The notes under the pieces: generated by a model
What the model was told of the DNA's origin: nothing
What the model saw: only the letters and a program-made list of their open reading frames with translations
Databases searched by the model: none
Program-made: the position numbers and the translations under genes
Shown here: positions 39,308 to 49,710 of the stretch, in pieces
Layout: every line of letters begins with the position of its first letter
Numbering within the stretch: position 1 is the first letter of the stretch
From: an uncultured Candidatus Saccharibacteria bacterium
Lineage (GTDB): Bacteria > Patescibacteriota > Minisyncoccia > Phycocordibacterales > UBA12088
Assembly (NCBI GenBank): GCA_964411375.1
Contig: CAYPKR010000001.1
Span: 168,227 to 232,226 of the forward strand
Direction of reading: 5' to 3'
DNA length: 64,000 nucleotides

Positions 39308-41278
39308 ATGGCGTTATTGAATCCAGATACCAAAGACAAAGAAAAATCGAAGGGCGGAAAGCCGCGCGGTCCGTTTGGCAATATGCCGTCCGGCGGTCAA
39401 TTTTGGACGAACCTCATTTCGACCTTGATCATTTTTCTCATTCTTACGACACTCTTTTCATATTTTGCCGGAGTAGGAAGCGAGAATAAGGAAATCCCAA
39501 TTTCCCAGGTTGCTGCAGATGTGGCGGCAGGAAATGTTTCCACGATCGATGTCGAAGGGGAAGCGCTCACGATTACCTACAAAGACGGTACCGAAAAAAC
39601 CTCGAAGAAAGAAGGGACGACCGCGCTCTCGGCAACACTTTCAAATTACGGCGTGAAGGCAGAGGATCTCGCAAAGGTAGCAATTCAAGTTAAAGGCGAA
39701 GGCGGTTTCCGTTTTTGGTTTGTGACGCTCGCACCATTCATCATTCCCCTCATTTTTATTCTCGTTCTTGTGTGGTTCCTCACTCGCCAAGTACGAGGAG
39801 CTGGCATGCAAGCCTTTACCTTCGGACAGTCGAAGGCACGCATGATTGATCCAAAAGATAAAAGTCAGCGCGTTACATTTGCTGATGTTGCAGGTGCAAA
39901 AGAAGCAAAAGAAGAACTCCTCGAAATTGTTGATTTCCTCAAAAATCCAAAAAAGTTTTTGGAAATCGGCGCGCGAATTCCAAAAGGAATTATTTTGATG
40001 GGCGCTCCGGGAACAGGAAAGACGTTGCTTGCGCGTGCGGTTGCAGGGGAGGCGGGCGTACCATTCTTTTCGATCTCGGGTTCTGAATTCGTTGAAATGT
40101 TCGTTGGTGTCGGAGCAAGCCGCGTTCGCGATCTTTTCCAGATGGCAAAACAAGCCGCACCTGCAATTATCTTCGTTGATGAAATTGACGCAGTCGGACG
40201 CGTGCGTGGCACTGGCGTTGGTGGCGGAAACGATGAGCGCGAACAAACATTGAACCAGATTCTCGTTGAGATGGATGGTTTTGAACCGAATGAGAAAGTC
40301 ATCGTCATGGCTGCAACCAATCGTCCTGATGTACTCGATCCTGCACTGCTTCGTCCGGGTCGCTTTGACCGTCGAGTAACGATCGATCTTCCTGATCGCA
40401 AAGATCGCGAAGAAATTTTAAATGTACATGCACGCAAAAAGCCGCTTGCTGAAGACGTCAATCTTTCGGTCATCGCCGAACGCACTCCCGGATTCTCGGG
40501 CGCTGACCTGTATTCTCTGATGAATGAAGGCGCGATTCTTGCTGCGCGGGAAAATCGGAAGAAAGTTTCGCAGTTCGATCTGATTCGTTCGATTGAAAAA
40601 GTCATGCTCGGCCCTGAACGCAAGAGCCACATTCTCTCGAAGCGCGAAAAAGAAATCACCGCATATCACGAAGCAGGACACGCGCTTGTTGCGTCGGTCT
40701 TGCCCCACGCTGATCCAGTGCATAAGATTTCGATCATTTCCCGCGGACGCGCAGCAGGCTATACGCTGAAGCTTCCGTTTGAAGATAGAAAGATGCAATC
40801 GAAGAGCGAGTTTCTTGATGACATCGCAATGTCACTCGGCGGCTACGCGGCAGAAAGACTTATATTTGGCGACTTCACTACGGGCGCATCGAATGATATT
40901 CAGGTGTTGACCGCGCTCGCGCGCAATATGGTGACGCGTTGGGGAATGTCGGACAAAATCGGACCGATCGCTCTTGAAGGGGATGGTCGCACGATGACGA
41001 TGGCAGGTTTCTCTGAAAAAGAATATTCACAAAAAATGTCTGCCGAAATTGATGCCGAAGTTTCCGACATCATTACCAAGGCGTACGAAAAAGCGAATCA
41101 TGCAATAACGAAGTATCGTCCTGTTCTCGAGGCGATCGCAAAGCGTCTCATCGAAGTCGAAACAATCGAGCGTGACGAGTTTGAAAAAATACTTATTGCA
41201 AACGGTATCCAGCTAAAAAAGCAGGAATCGTATGGTTCAAACGAAGGAATGACGATTACGGATTCGGTGTCTTCGTAA
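39308..41278 (+). CDS. ftsH: ATP-dependent zinc metalloprotease FtsH
   Basis: 2 [29 protein letters not shown]. Confidence 0.99.
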   Translation: MALLNPDTKDKEKSKGGKPRGPFGNMPSGGQFWTNLISTLIIFLILTTLFSYFAGVGSENKEIPISQVAADVAAGNVSTIDVEGEALTITYKDGTEKTSKKEGTTALSATLSNYGVKAEDLAKVAIQVKGEGGFRFWFVTLAPFIIPLIFILVLVWFLTRQVRGAGMQAFTFGQSKARMIDPKDKSQRVTFADVAGAKEAKEELLEIVDFLKNPKKFLEIGARIPKGIILMGAPGTGKTLLARAVAGEAGVPFFSISGSEFVEMFVGVGASRVRDLFQMAKQAAPAIIFVDEIDAVGRVRGTGVGGGNDEREQTLNQILVEMDGFEPNEKVIVMAATNRPDVLDPALLRPGRFDRRVTIDLPDRKDREEILNVHARKKPLAEDVNLSVIAERTPGFSGADLYSLMNEGAILAARENRKKVSQFDLIRSIEKVMLGPERKSHILSKREKEITAYHEAGHALVASVLPHADPVHKISIISRGRAAGYTLKLPFEDRKMQSKSEFLDDIAMSLGGYAAERLIFGDFTTGASNDIQVLTALARNMVTRWGMSDKIGPIALEGDGRTMTMAGFSEKEYSQKMSAEIDAEVSDIITKAYEKANHAITKYRPVLEAIAKRLIEVETIERDEFEKILIANGIQLKKQESYGSNEGMTITDSVSS

Positions 41279-41333
41279 TCTCAAATTTCCACCCAAATGA
41301 AAAACCTGCATTGCTGTAGGTTTTTCATTTGGG

Positions 41334-41407
41334 TGGGCGCGCCTGGACTCGAACCAGGGACCGCAAAGGTATAAGCTTTGTGCTCTAACCAACTGAGCTA
41401 CACGCCC
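41334..41407 (-). tRNA. tRNA-Ile (anticodon UAU)
   Basis: GGGCGTGTAGCTCAGTTGGTTAGAGCA-CAAAG CT TAT AC CTTTG-CGGTCCCTGGTTCGAGTCCAGGCGCGCCCA. Confidence 0.93.
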
Positions 41408-41501
41408 GCTCGTATCAGCGCACTATAGCGCAAAGCGTGATTTTGTTCGAGTTCAAAGAAAAATTTCTTTAAAAACTCTCGATCTAGGCTATAGTGTAAC
41501 A

Positions 41502-42569
41502 ATGCATAAACGATTATTGATACTTGCCGGCATAAGCGGGCTCGGCAGCCTCATTCTCATTGGGGCTTTTGTCGTTCCGAGCAGCGCCGTTACATATCCT
41601 TCAGTTACACAGGTTGCTGAAGTGAAAGAATCAACTCCTAAGGCTCCCACACTCGATAAGCATGCGTACGACGCAAAGCTTCTTGAAATTGCGCACGTTA
41701 AGGTTTCCGCGAGTTCAACAGTCGAAGAGACCATCGCATCGTCAAGCTTGCGCTGGCCTACCAAAGATCCGTATCCGAATGTCGGCGCACTCCTGCCGTT
41801 TAATCGGATCGTCGCCTATTACGGCAATTATTTTTCTAAAGGCATGGGAATCCTCGGCGAATATCCGGAGGATCAAATGCTTCAAAAACTCAAAGCGGCA
41901 GTTGCCGAGTGGAAGGCGGCGGATCCTTCAACTCCAGTCATTCCAGCCATTCACTATATTGCGGTTACCGCGCAAGCCAGTGCGGGTGCCGACGGCAAAT
42001 ACCGCCTTCGGATGCCCGATACGGAGATCGACAAATCAATCGAACTTGCAAAAAAAGTAGACGGCATCGTGTTTATTGATATTCAGCTCGGGCATAGCAA
42101 CCTTGAGTCAGAACTTCCGCTCATCAAGACATATCTCGAAATGCCGAATGTGCATCTCGGTATTGATCCGGAATTTGCGATGCATCAAGGGCGAAAGCCA
42201 GGCACATATATCGGAGAACTTGATGCCTCTGATATCAATTACGCAATTAACTACCTCTCCGATATTGTAAAAGAAAAAAATATTCCACCGAAAATCCTCA
42301 TCGTGCATCGGTTTACCGAAGAAATGGTGACCGGCTACCGAAAAATACAACCGACTCCTGAAGTGCAGGTCGTCATGAACATGGACGGCTGGGGTGATCC
42401 GGCAAAAAAGATGGGTACCTATCAGCGTGTTATCACTGAAGAGCCGGTACAATTTAGCGGATTTAAGCTGTTCTACAAAAACGATTTGCGTCCGCCAAGT
42501 ATGCGACTCCTCAGTCCTTCCGAGATCTTGAAACTCACTCCCGCTCCAGTCTACATTCAGTATCAATAG
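41502..42569 (+). CDS. Conserved hypothetical exported protein
   Basis: N-terminal anchor; RIVAYYG, HLGIDPEF, LIVHRF, MDGWG, GFKLFY motifs. Confidence 0.8.
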   Translation: MHKRLLILAGISGLGSLILIGAFVVPSSAVTYPSVTQVAEVKESTPKAPTLDKHAYDAKLLEIAHVKVSASSTVEETIASSSLRWPTKDPYPNVGALLPFNRIVAYYGNYFSKGMGILGEYPEDQMLQKLKAAVAEWKAADPSTPVIPAIHYIAVTAQASAGADGKYRLRMPDTEIDKSIELAKKVDGIVFIDIQLGHSNLESELPLIKTYLEMPNVHLGIDPEFAMHQGRKPGTYIGELDASDINYAINYLSDIVKEKNIPPKILIVHRFTEEMVTGYRKIQPTPEVQVVMNMDGWGDPAKKMGTYQRVITEEPVQFSGFKLFYKNDLRPPSMRLLSPSEILKLTPAPVYIQYQ

Positions 42570-42774
42570 CAAGATTTCTTGATTTTTTCATGCACGTTCA
42601 TGAAAACTCCCCAAAGCATTTTGTGATGGAGTAAGCTTAGTTATCCCCAATCGTCTCCAAAAACAGATGGAGAGCAGTTTAGAGTCAACTTATACTGCAA
42701 GTAATTCCTTCCCCCGATTCTCCATAGTGACATAATTTCACGACGAGGAATGTTACTAATTAATTTTTGCAACT

Positions 42775-44826
42775 ATGCAAAAACAAAAACTGGGTACACT
42801 GGGATTCAGTGTGGGTGCTGGCGCTTTTTTGCTTGTTTCACTTATCCTACCGATTGCAGCTTCGGCAAATTCGGGGCATGACGATAGCGATTTTGGTCGA
42901 TCAAACTTTTCTGCGTCTCACCTAGGAGATCAGATACGCGATTTGGTAAGGCATAAGATCGACGATAAGAAAAAAGATATTTGTGATCGGTTTGAAAATC
43001 GATTTCATTCGCGTTTTCCGTGGGCAAAAGGTCCATCATTCTGTCGGGATGGTAACGGAGGAAACGGTGGCAATCAGAATGCACCTGATGTTTCCATAAC
43101 CGCAGATCCAATGGTAGTGACCGCTGGCGGAAGCTCGCTTCTTAGCTGGGATTCGGATAACGCAACATCGTGTACTGCTTCTGGCGGATGGAGCGGAACA
43201 AAATCACTCTCCGGTTCACAATCAGTCACGGTGAACGCAACGACGACGTATTCGCTCTCATGTAAAAACGCAAAGGGAACAACTACTGAATCAGTCACCG
43301 TGAATGTGATTCCAGTGGTGGTTCCACCTCCTCCAGCTCCGACCGTCACATTGAACGCTTCACCTCTCACGGTACAAGTCAGTGCGACTTCGACAATTAC
43401 ATGGAGTTCAACCAATGCAAATGCCTGTGTGGCTTCAAATGGTTGGAGTGGTTCAAAAGCAACATCGGGTAATCAAGTCGTTACTGTAAACGCAACGACA
43501 ACGTATACACTTGCCTGTGGAAACGGAATGGCGACCGACACGAAATCGGTTACCGTAAACGCGACACCGGTGCCGGTTATTCCGCTTCCAACTCCAACGG
43601 TTGAAATTACCGCAGATCCTGATCATGTTGCTTCCGGTGGCGCATCCATACTTGCGTGGAACTCTACAAATGCGACCGCGTGTGAAGCATCAAACGGCTG
43701 GAGTGGCGCAAAATCGCTTTCAGGCAACACTGTTGTTAATCCAACTGCAACCACTACCTACACACTTACTTGTGGGAATGGTCAGTCGACATCAACTGAT
43801 TCAGTAACGATCGCAGTGTACCCAATGCCGACTCTGACACTTTCAGCGTTGCCGCTTCAAATTCTTGCTGGCGCAACCTCTACACTGAGTTGGAATTCTG
43901 AATTCACTACGTCGTGTACTGCCTCAGATGGATGGAGTGGAGCACAAAATCTTTCGGGAAATCTTATCGTGGCACCAAACGCAACAACCACGTATACGCT
44001 TTCGTGTAGTGGACTCGGTGGAATTATTATGGCAAGTACGACTATTGAGGTAACACCAAATTCATCTCCAACGCCAGAACCAACACTTACCTTTACTGGT
44101 AATCCACTCGCAATAACCGCAGGCGCAACATCCACGCTTACGTGGAGCACTACTGATGCGACGCTTTGTACTGCATCAAACGGATGGAGTGGCTCAAAAG
44201 CAATCTCAGGAAATGAAATTGTCTCGCCAAATGCAACAACGACCTACCATCTCTCATGTAGCGGTGCGGGCGGTGCAACGTCGAGTGACTTTACAATCGG
44301 CGTCACGCCGGTTGTTCAACCTCCACAAAATATTGGACATGTGGTCATGAGCGAAGTCTATTACGATGTTGGAGCAGGGAAGGGATCAGAACCGGGCAAT
44401 GAATGGGTAGAACTCTTCAACGGATCACTCGCACCAGTAGATTTGAATGGATGGAAACTCCAAGATGAAAGCGGATCATTTGATGCGATCGCAACATCTT
44501 CCCTCATCCTCGCACCGAATGCATATCTCTTGATTACTTCTTCCTCAACAACATCGGGATTTTGGAGCATTCCGTCACAAATTGTTGTATTTCCAAGTCC
44601 AATTGGAAATGCACTCGGAAATACGGTTGATTCGCTCACTCTCATGAATGCAGCATCAACCACCATTGATGTGGTCTCATGGGGAACCGCAACAACCACA
44701 ACACTGATGATTCCGACTGTTCCAGGAGTTATAGCTGGTCATTCAATCGGCCGAGTCCAATTCACTGCCGACACGGATACCAATGCTGACTGGGGAAACT
44801 TTACGACCCCAACGCCTGGGCAGTAG
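42775..44826 (+). CDS. Secreted protein with 5 Cys-bridged Ig-like repeats and a lamin-tail domain
   Basis: Signal peptide; 5 repeats of L.W.S.NA..C.AS.GWSG....SG......TTTY.L.C; SEVYYD..EWVELFN..VDLNGWKL. Confidence 0.85.
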   Translation: MQKQKLGTLGFSVGAGAFLLVSLILPIAASANSGHDDSDFGRSNFSASHLGDQIRDLVRHKIDDKKKDICDRFENRFHSRFPWAKGPSFCRDGNGGNGGNQNAPDVSITADPMVVTAGGSSLLSWDSDNATSCTASGGWSGTKSLSGSQSVTVNATTTYSLSCKNAKGTTTESVTVNVIPVVVPPPPAPTVTLNASPLTVQVSATSTITWSSTNANACVASNGWSGSKATSGNQVVTVNATTTYTLACGNGMATDTKSVTVNATPVPVIPLPTPTVEITADPDHVASGGASILAWNSTNATACEASNGWSGAKSLSGNTVVNPTATTTYTLTCGNGQSTSTDSVTIAVYPMPTLTLSALPLQILAGATSTLSWNSEFTTSCTASDGWSGAQNLSGNLIVAPNATTTYTLSCSGLGGIIMASTTIEVTPNSSPTPEPTLTFTGNPLAITAGATSTLTWSTTDATLCTASNGWSGSKAISGNEIVSPNATTTYHLSCSGAGGATSSDFTIGVTPVVQPPQNIGHVVMSEVYYDVGAGKGSEPGNEWVELFNGSLAPVDLNGWKLQDESGSFDAIATSSLILAPNAYLLITSSSTTSGFWSIPSQIVVFPSPIGNALGNTVDSLTLMNAASTTIDVVSWGTATTTTLMIPTVPGVIAGHSIGRVQFTADTDTNADWGNFTTPTPGQ

Positions 44827-44880
44827 TCGAATAATTACAAATTAAGACCACAACAATCTCCGTGTTTGCGGAGATTGTTG

Positions 44881-47049
44881 TTATTCAAAATGAATGCCCC
44901 CGGATTTTTCAAGTGCAAGATCAAGAAGTCCTGGATACTTTGAGAGGGTAATGTCTTCAGTAATGAGACGCGTTGCTTCAGTTCGAGCCGCTTCAACCAT
45001 TTTTAAATTTTTGAGTGCTTCCATAGCGAGATCAGAAATTCCGCTTTGCGCTCTTCCAGAAAGTTCCCCAGCCCCTCGAAGTGCAAGATCATACTCAGCA
45101 AGTTCGAATCCATTTTTTGCAGTTTTGAGTGCATTCAAGCGATCTGCCGTTTTCTTTCCGCCCGATTCGGTGAGGAGAAAACAATACGCTTGATGATTTG
45201 AACGAATAACGCGCCCGCGGAGTTGATGCAGTTGGGAGAGTCCGTATCGTTCGGCACCTTCAATCAAAATTACCGTTGCGTTTGCAACTGATACCCCAAC
45301 TTCCACGACTGATGTCGCAACCAAAATATCTGTCTTGCCACTTGCAAATTTTTCCATCACTTTCTCTTTTTCATTTGGCGTCATTTTGCCGTGAAGAATT
45401 TCAATTGAAAACTCTGGGAAAATGTTTTTCTTCAAATGTTTTGCTTCCGCTCCGACTGATTTTGCCATGAGCGCCATTTCTTTAGTTGGATCGGGCTCGT
45501 CGATCCGTGGGCATATCACATACGCCTGACGTCCGGCTTGTATTTCACTCCGAACCTTTTCATACATTTCATTCCGCTTGTCTGGCGGAGTGATGTCGGT
45601 TATGACCGGCAAACGACCCTTTGGCATTTGATCGAGAATAGTTAGATCGAGGTCGCCGTAGATTGTGAGCGCAAGTGTGCGGGGGATAGGGGTTGCGGTC
45701 ATTGAGAGAAGGTGTGGGGCAATATTATCTTTCCGCGTTAGTTTCTGTCGTTGCGCAGTTCCAAAGCGATGTTGTTCGTCGATTACGACATACGCAAGAT
45801 TTTTGAAACTCACTGATTTGTAGATCAGGGCATGTGTGCCGATGAGAATAGGTATTTCGCCATTTGCTACCCACTTGAGTAGTTGCGTGCGCGATATGTC
45901 AGTGGCTTCCTTTGGATTACTCTTCGAGGGAAATTTTTTGCAGCCAGAGCCGGTGATGAGTCCGATTTGGATAGGCAGATGTTCAAAATATTTGATAAAT
46001 GATTCAAAATGTTGTTTTGCAAGAATTTCGGTCGGGCACATGTACGCGACTTGGAGATTTCCAAAATCTTTTGCCACACCTTTCACTTCCGGTCTTGTCG
46101 TGACTGCGGAGTAGACGGTTGCCGCTGCAACGGCAGTTTTTCCACTCCCAACATCGCCTTCGAGAAGCCTCGCCATCGGAAACTTGGTTTCAAAGTCAGA
46201 ATAGATCGTTTCAATCGCGTGTTTTTGCGCCTCGGTTGGCTCAAAGGGAAATCGCTCCATAAATTTTTTCGCTTCAGTACGGTTCACTCGGATTGGAAGC
46301 GAAGGAAGGGCACGGTAGAGAGTGCGGTCGCGTACTTTGGCGAGCTGAATCAAAAATATTTCTTCAAACGAAAATCGCTTTCGTGCAGAAACTGAATGTT
46401 CTTCAGTATGCGGAGAGTGAAGCCATACGAGTCCGGTAGTGAGAGAGGGGAGATTATATTTTTTTAAAATCTCATGAGGAATTGGATCAGTAAGCTCCTC
46501 GAGTATGCCACTCCCGAGCACTTTCCTAATCGCGTGGCGAAACCACTGCGAAGTGATGCCGCGACTTTCCGGATACACCGGGTACAAGGTCTCGCCACCT
46601 TTCTCCTTTGCAAACAGTGAGTCATGCGAATCAATCGGAAGCTCTCCAACGGTTTCGATTTCAGGATTTGCAAGATAGATACCTTTTTCGTTTCCTGAAA
46701 CCTTGCCACCGAGCTTTACGTATGCGCCGTCGTGGAGAAGTTTTGCGATAAATGGTTGATGGAACCACATTACTTTCATCGAACCGGTCGTATCTTCGAT
46801 TACGCCTTCCGAAATTGCTGTCCGACTTTTCCATGTCTTCCGAATATTGAGGTTTGAAATTTTACCGTATACAACCGCGTCATCTCCCGCTTGGAGGGAT
46901 TTGATCGTCTTTATTTCAGCAATATTGTCGTAGCGAGAAGGAAAGTGATAGAGAAGATTGCGCACGGTAGCGATTCCCAATTTTTTGAGCGCTGATTTTT
47001 GCGGCGCAGTGAGGCGGAAGTGTTTTTCGACCAGATCGGTTGGATGCAT
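44881..47049 (-). CDS. recG: ATP-dependent DNA helicase RecG
   Basis: RLLEGDVGSGKT, DEQHRFG, MTATPIPRTL, SQLHQLRGRV, DLALRGAG. Confidence 0.97.
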   Translation of the reverse strand: MHPTDLVEKHFRLTAPQKSALKKLGIATVRNLLYHFPSRYDNIAEIKTIKSLQAGDDAVVYGKISNLNIRKTWKSRTAISEGVIEDTTGSMKVMWFHQPFIAKLLHDGAYVKLGGKVSGNEKGIYLANPEIETVGELPIDSHDSLFAKEKGGETLYPVYPESRGITSQWFRHAIRKVLGSGILEELTDPIPHEILKKYNLPSLTTGLVWLHSPHTEEHSVSARKRFSFEEIFLIQLAKVRDRTLYRALPSLPIRVNRTEAKKFMERFPFEPTEAQKHAIETIYSDFETKFPMARLLEGDVGSGKTAVAAATVYSAVTTRPEVKGVAKDFGNLQVAYMCPTEILAKQHFESFIKYFEHLPIQIGLITGSGCKKFPSKSNPKEATDISRTQLLKWVANGEIPILIGTHALIYKSVSFKNLAYVVIDEQHRFGTAQRQKLTRKDNIAPHLLSMTATPIPRTLALTIYGDLDLTILDQMPKGRLPVITDITPPDKRNEMYEKVRSEIQAGRQAYVICPRIDEPDPTKEMALMAKSVGAEAKHLKKNIFPEFSIEILHGKMTPNEKEKVMEKFASGKTDILVATSVVEVGVSVANATVILIEGAERYGLSQLHQLRGRVIRSNHQAYCFLLTESGGKKTADRLNALKTAKNGFELAEYDLALRGAGELSGRAQSGISDLAMEALKNLKMVEAARTEATRLITEDITLSKYPGLLDLALEKSGGIHFE

Positions 47050-47115
47050 ACGGGTAGCATAGCAAAAAGGATCCGGCGCGGGCAGAAGCCCGCGCCGGAT
47101 CCTTCTTCCGATCCC

Positions 47116-47514
47116 TTATTCCGGTACGACAATTACTCCACCATCCTCATCCTTGAGATGGTTATGATAATGCCATGTTCCAGGAAGGTCGATAGTGAAG
47201 CTCCATGACTCTCCTGGTGCAATTTCTCTGCACGTATCAAAGCGGCTGTTTGAGCAATCGCCTGGCTCGTGCTCCGGGTATTCGTCATGAATAGGGTGAT
47301 GACCAGAGCCGATCCACATTCCAACTGAGCTTTTATTTACCCAGGTGACTGTTGCACCCTTGGAGATTGTGGTCGTTGCAGGGTAAAAACCTGTATCGGT
47401 ATAGGCGACAGTTGCGGGAGCCGGACCTTTTCCTGCAAAGAGAGCGTGTGCTCCAAAATAGCCAACCGAACCAACAATACAACCGAGCAAGAGCGAAATG
47501 AAGAATGCTTTCAT
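47116..47514 (-). CDS. Cupredoxin/plastocyanin-like exported protein
   Basis: GFYP.T.TI.KG.TVTWVN, HP.H, PGESWSFT...PGTW.YHNH. Confidence 0.75.
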   Translation of the reverse strand: MKAFFISLLLGCIVGSVGYFGAHALFAGKGPAPATVAYTDTGFYPATTTISKGATVTWVNKSSVGMWIGSGHHPIHDEYPEHEPGDCSNSRFDTCREIAPGESWSFTIDLPGTWHYHNHLKDEDGGVIVVPE

Positions 47515-47620
47515 ACCGTAGCGTTTCTGATATCTCTAATATGTGGGGCAGTATTGCATTTTTTCCCTATTCGGACAATTGTCCTGATCGGCAGGAGCAC
47601 GCTATACTATAAGGACATCA

Positions 47621-48016
47621 ATGGCCGACGATACTCCTCTCCCTCCAAACAAATACAGCGTTCTCATCGTTGAAGACGATATTTTTCTTGCCGATTTGGT
47701 TTGTCGAAAATTCCGCGAACGCGCTACTGTCTTTCATGCTGGTTCAACTGATCAAGCGCGCGATATTCTCTCCAAAGAGACACCCGATTTAATTTGTCTT
47801 GATATTCAACTTCCTGGTGAGGACGGCATCACTTTTCTTTCTAAAATTCGCCAAGAAGAAAAATGGAAAACTATCCCGGTTCTCATCATCTCAAACTTCA
47901 GTCAGGATGCAGATATTAAGCGTGCAAAAGATGCGGGGGCAAATGACTACGTAGTGAAAGCAAATGTTGAACTTGCGGAAATTGTCCGCAGAGGAGAAGC
48001 ACTTCTCAAAAAATAG
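47621..48016 (+). CDS. Single-domain response regulator
   Basis: VLIVEDD, CLDIQLPGEDG, GANDYVVK. Confidence 0.92.
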   Translation: MADDTPLPPNKYSVLIVEDDIFLADLVCRKFRERATVFHAGSTDQARDILSKETPDLICLDIQLPGEDGITFLSKIRQEEKWKTIPVLIISNFSQDADIKRAKDAGANDYVVKANVELAEIVRRGEALLKK

Positions 48017-48118
48017 ACGCTCAGCTTCGCTGAGTGTCTATTTAGGTACGAGCGTTGAAATCCATGAATGGAAATAAAGTTCACGGTGTGGTAGCTTGTG
48101 CTTCACTGCTACACGATT

Positions 48119-48203
48119 GGAGACGTGGCTGAGTGGTCGAAAGCGCCTCACTGCTAACGAGGTAGGGTGCAAGCCCTCGCAGGTTCGAATCCTGTCGTCT
48201 CCG
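48119..48203 (+). tRNA. tRNA-Ser (GCT)
   Basis: GGAGACGTGGCTGAGTGGTCGAAAGCG, loop CT-GCT-AA, long variable arm, GGTTCGAATCC. Confidence 0.93.
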
Positions 48204-48231
48204 CAAAGTAAACATTGAGAACAACTCTGAT

Positions 48232-48435
48232 CTAAGCTCTGTATTCCAGAATATCTCCTGGCTGGCATTCAAGCGTTTTACAAATTGCCTCGAGTGTCGA
48301 TAGGCGAATTGCTTTTGCCTTTCCATTTTTCAGAACAGAAATGTTAGCCATTGTGATACCAACTTTCTCGGCAAGTTCGGTGACACTCATTTTTCGTTTC
48401 GCCAACATGACGTCGATATTGATGATGATTGCCAT
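48232..48435 (-). CDS. Cro/C1-type HTH regulator (YozG-like)
   Basis: LAEKVGITMANISVLKNGKAKAIRLSTL..IC..L.CQPGDILEY. Confidence 0.93.
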   Translation of the reverse strand: MAIIINIDVMLAKRKMSVTELAEKVGITMANISVLKNGKAKAIRLSTLEAICKTLECQPGDILEYRA

Positions 48436-48445
48436 GGTTGTCTTT

Positions 48446-48922
48446 TTATACCGTTAAATCGTTCTCCGATTTTATATCCACGGCATTTCGGAGGATTTTC
48501 TCAAACATAGCCGCTGCTGTCGCAATAACAATTGAAACAAAGGAGATCATTATGCCGAGTGCGAACACGCCCGCCGCATCATCATCGCCATGGGTGAACA
48601 TGATGACTATCTCCTCAGTAATCACAAATCCAACAATAAGGAGAGCGCAATATTTGATCTTACGGAGTCCTTGTACCGCCTCAAGCGAGAAGACTTTGTT
48701 TCGTCCGACATACCCTAATACCTTGATTGCGTTATAGAGCGCTACAAAGAAGGGAATTGACCCCAAATACACGAGCCAAATGAATGGATCAATATAAACC
48801 GCAAAGAATGACTTATGTGCATTTACACCTTCGAGATGGGGTTCCCAAAGAAGTAATGCAAGTGCACCAAGGCCAATAAGTCCGATAATTACCTGCAAAA
48901 ATATAGTTGAGCCGCGTTTCAT
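48446..48922 (-). CDS. DUF2975 membrane protein
   Basis: 4 TM, C-terminal AVDIKSENDLTV, paired with a YozG-like HTH. Confidence 0.88.
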   Translation of the reverse strand: MKRGSTIFLQVIIGLIGLGALALLLWEPHLEGVNAHKSFFAVYIDPFIWLVYLGSIPFFVALYNAIKVLGYVGRNKVFSLEAVQGLRKIKYCALLIVGFVITEEIVIMFTHGDDDAAGVFALGIMISFVSIVIATAAAMFEKILRNAVDIKSENDLTV

Positions 48923-49015
48923 ATACGTTTTTATAATTAGCTATACTCGGAGCGTATACTAGGACTTATCGTTTGTCAATATATATTTATTGTTTCTCTA
49001 TTTTAGAGAGAAAAT

Positions 49016-49651
49016 CTAGTGGGCAACGGCAATCCCATAGACTCGTGCTGCCCCTGCCCTCAGAAGTGCTTTCTTTGCTTCCTGCATGGTGGCGCCCGTT
49101 GTAATGACATCATCAACTAAAATAATTGCTTTTCCGCGAACAGATTCTGGGGTTGGAACTCGAAAGGCATCTTTTAGGTTTTCAATACGTGCACCTCTTC
49201 CTTCGCGAGTCGTTTGGCTCGGCGTGTCTTTGGTCCGAAGCAGAGATAATTCAACCGAAGGAAAAGAATCTCCTTCGGCAAATGCGCGAGCAATGATTTC
49301 TGCTTGGTTGTATCCGCGCAGCTGCATTCGAGATGTAGAAAGGGGAATTGGTACGATCTGAACATTCTTTGAATGGAAGGAAATCATATCCGAAACGTCT
49401 TCAATAAGTGCACCGTGAAGAATCTGCCCGAATATTTTCCCAATCTCTTTTCTGTTTTTATACTTAAGCGCATGTACGGAAGCCCGCACGAGTGGATTCT
49501 GATAGGGAAGGACGACATACATATCACTTTCAACCTCTCTAAGTGAGATGAATGGAGCGAAATGTCGAAGCTCGAGATTATCAAGTGCAGTGTCCGTATC
49601 ATTCCGCGGAAATAAAATATCCAAAAATGAATGCCACAGACTTTTCCGCAT
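49016..49651 (-). CDS. comF: ComF family phosphoribosyltransferase-like protein
   Basis: LKY, VPIPL, RGYNQA, ILVDDVITTGAT. Confidence 0.92.
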   Translation of the reverse strand: MRKSLWHSFLDILFPRNDTDTALDNLELRHFAPFISLREVESDMYVVLPYQNPLVRASVHALKYKNRKEIGKIFGQILHGALIEDVSDMISFHSKNVQIVPIPLSTSRMQLRGYNQAEIIARAFAEGDSFPSVELSLLRTKDTPSQTTREGRGARIENLKDAFRVPTPESVRGKAIILVDDVITTGATMQEAKKALLRAGAARVYGIAVAH

Positions 49652-49710
49652 CGTCTAGTAACTCTATCGCATTTTTAAATCTCTATGCGTGATATAATTC
49701 TCATAACCTC

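Noticed and set aside
43081-44300. CRISPR or DNA tandem repeat
   Set aside because: The repeats are protein-level and degenerate at codon third positions. No repeat-spacer array or cas gene was seen in the window.
48119-49016. Prophage or integrative element at tRNA-Ser
   Set aside because: No integrase, att duplication or phage genes.
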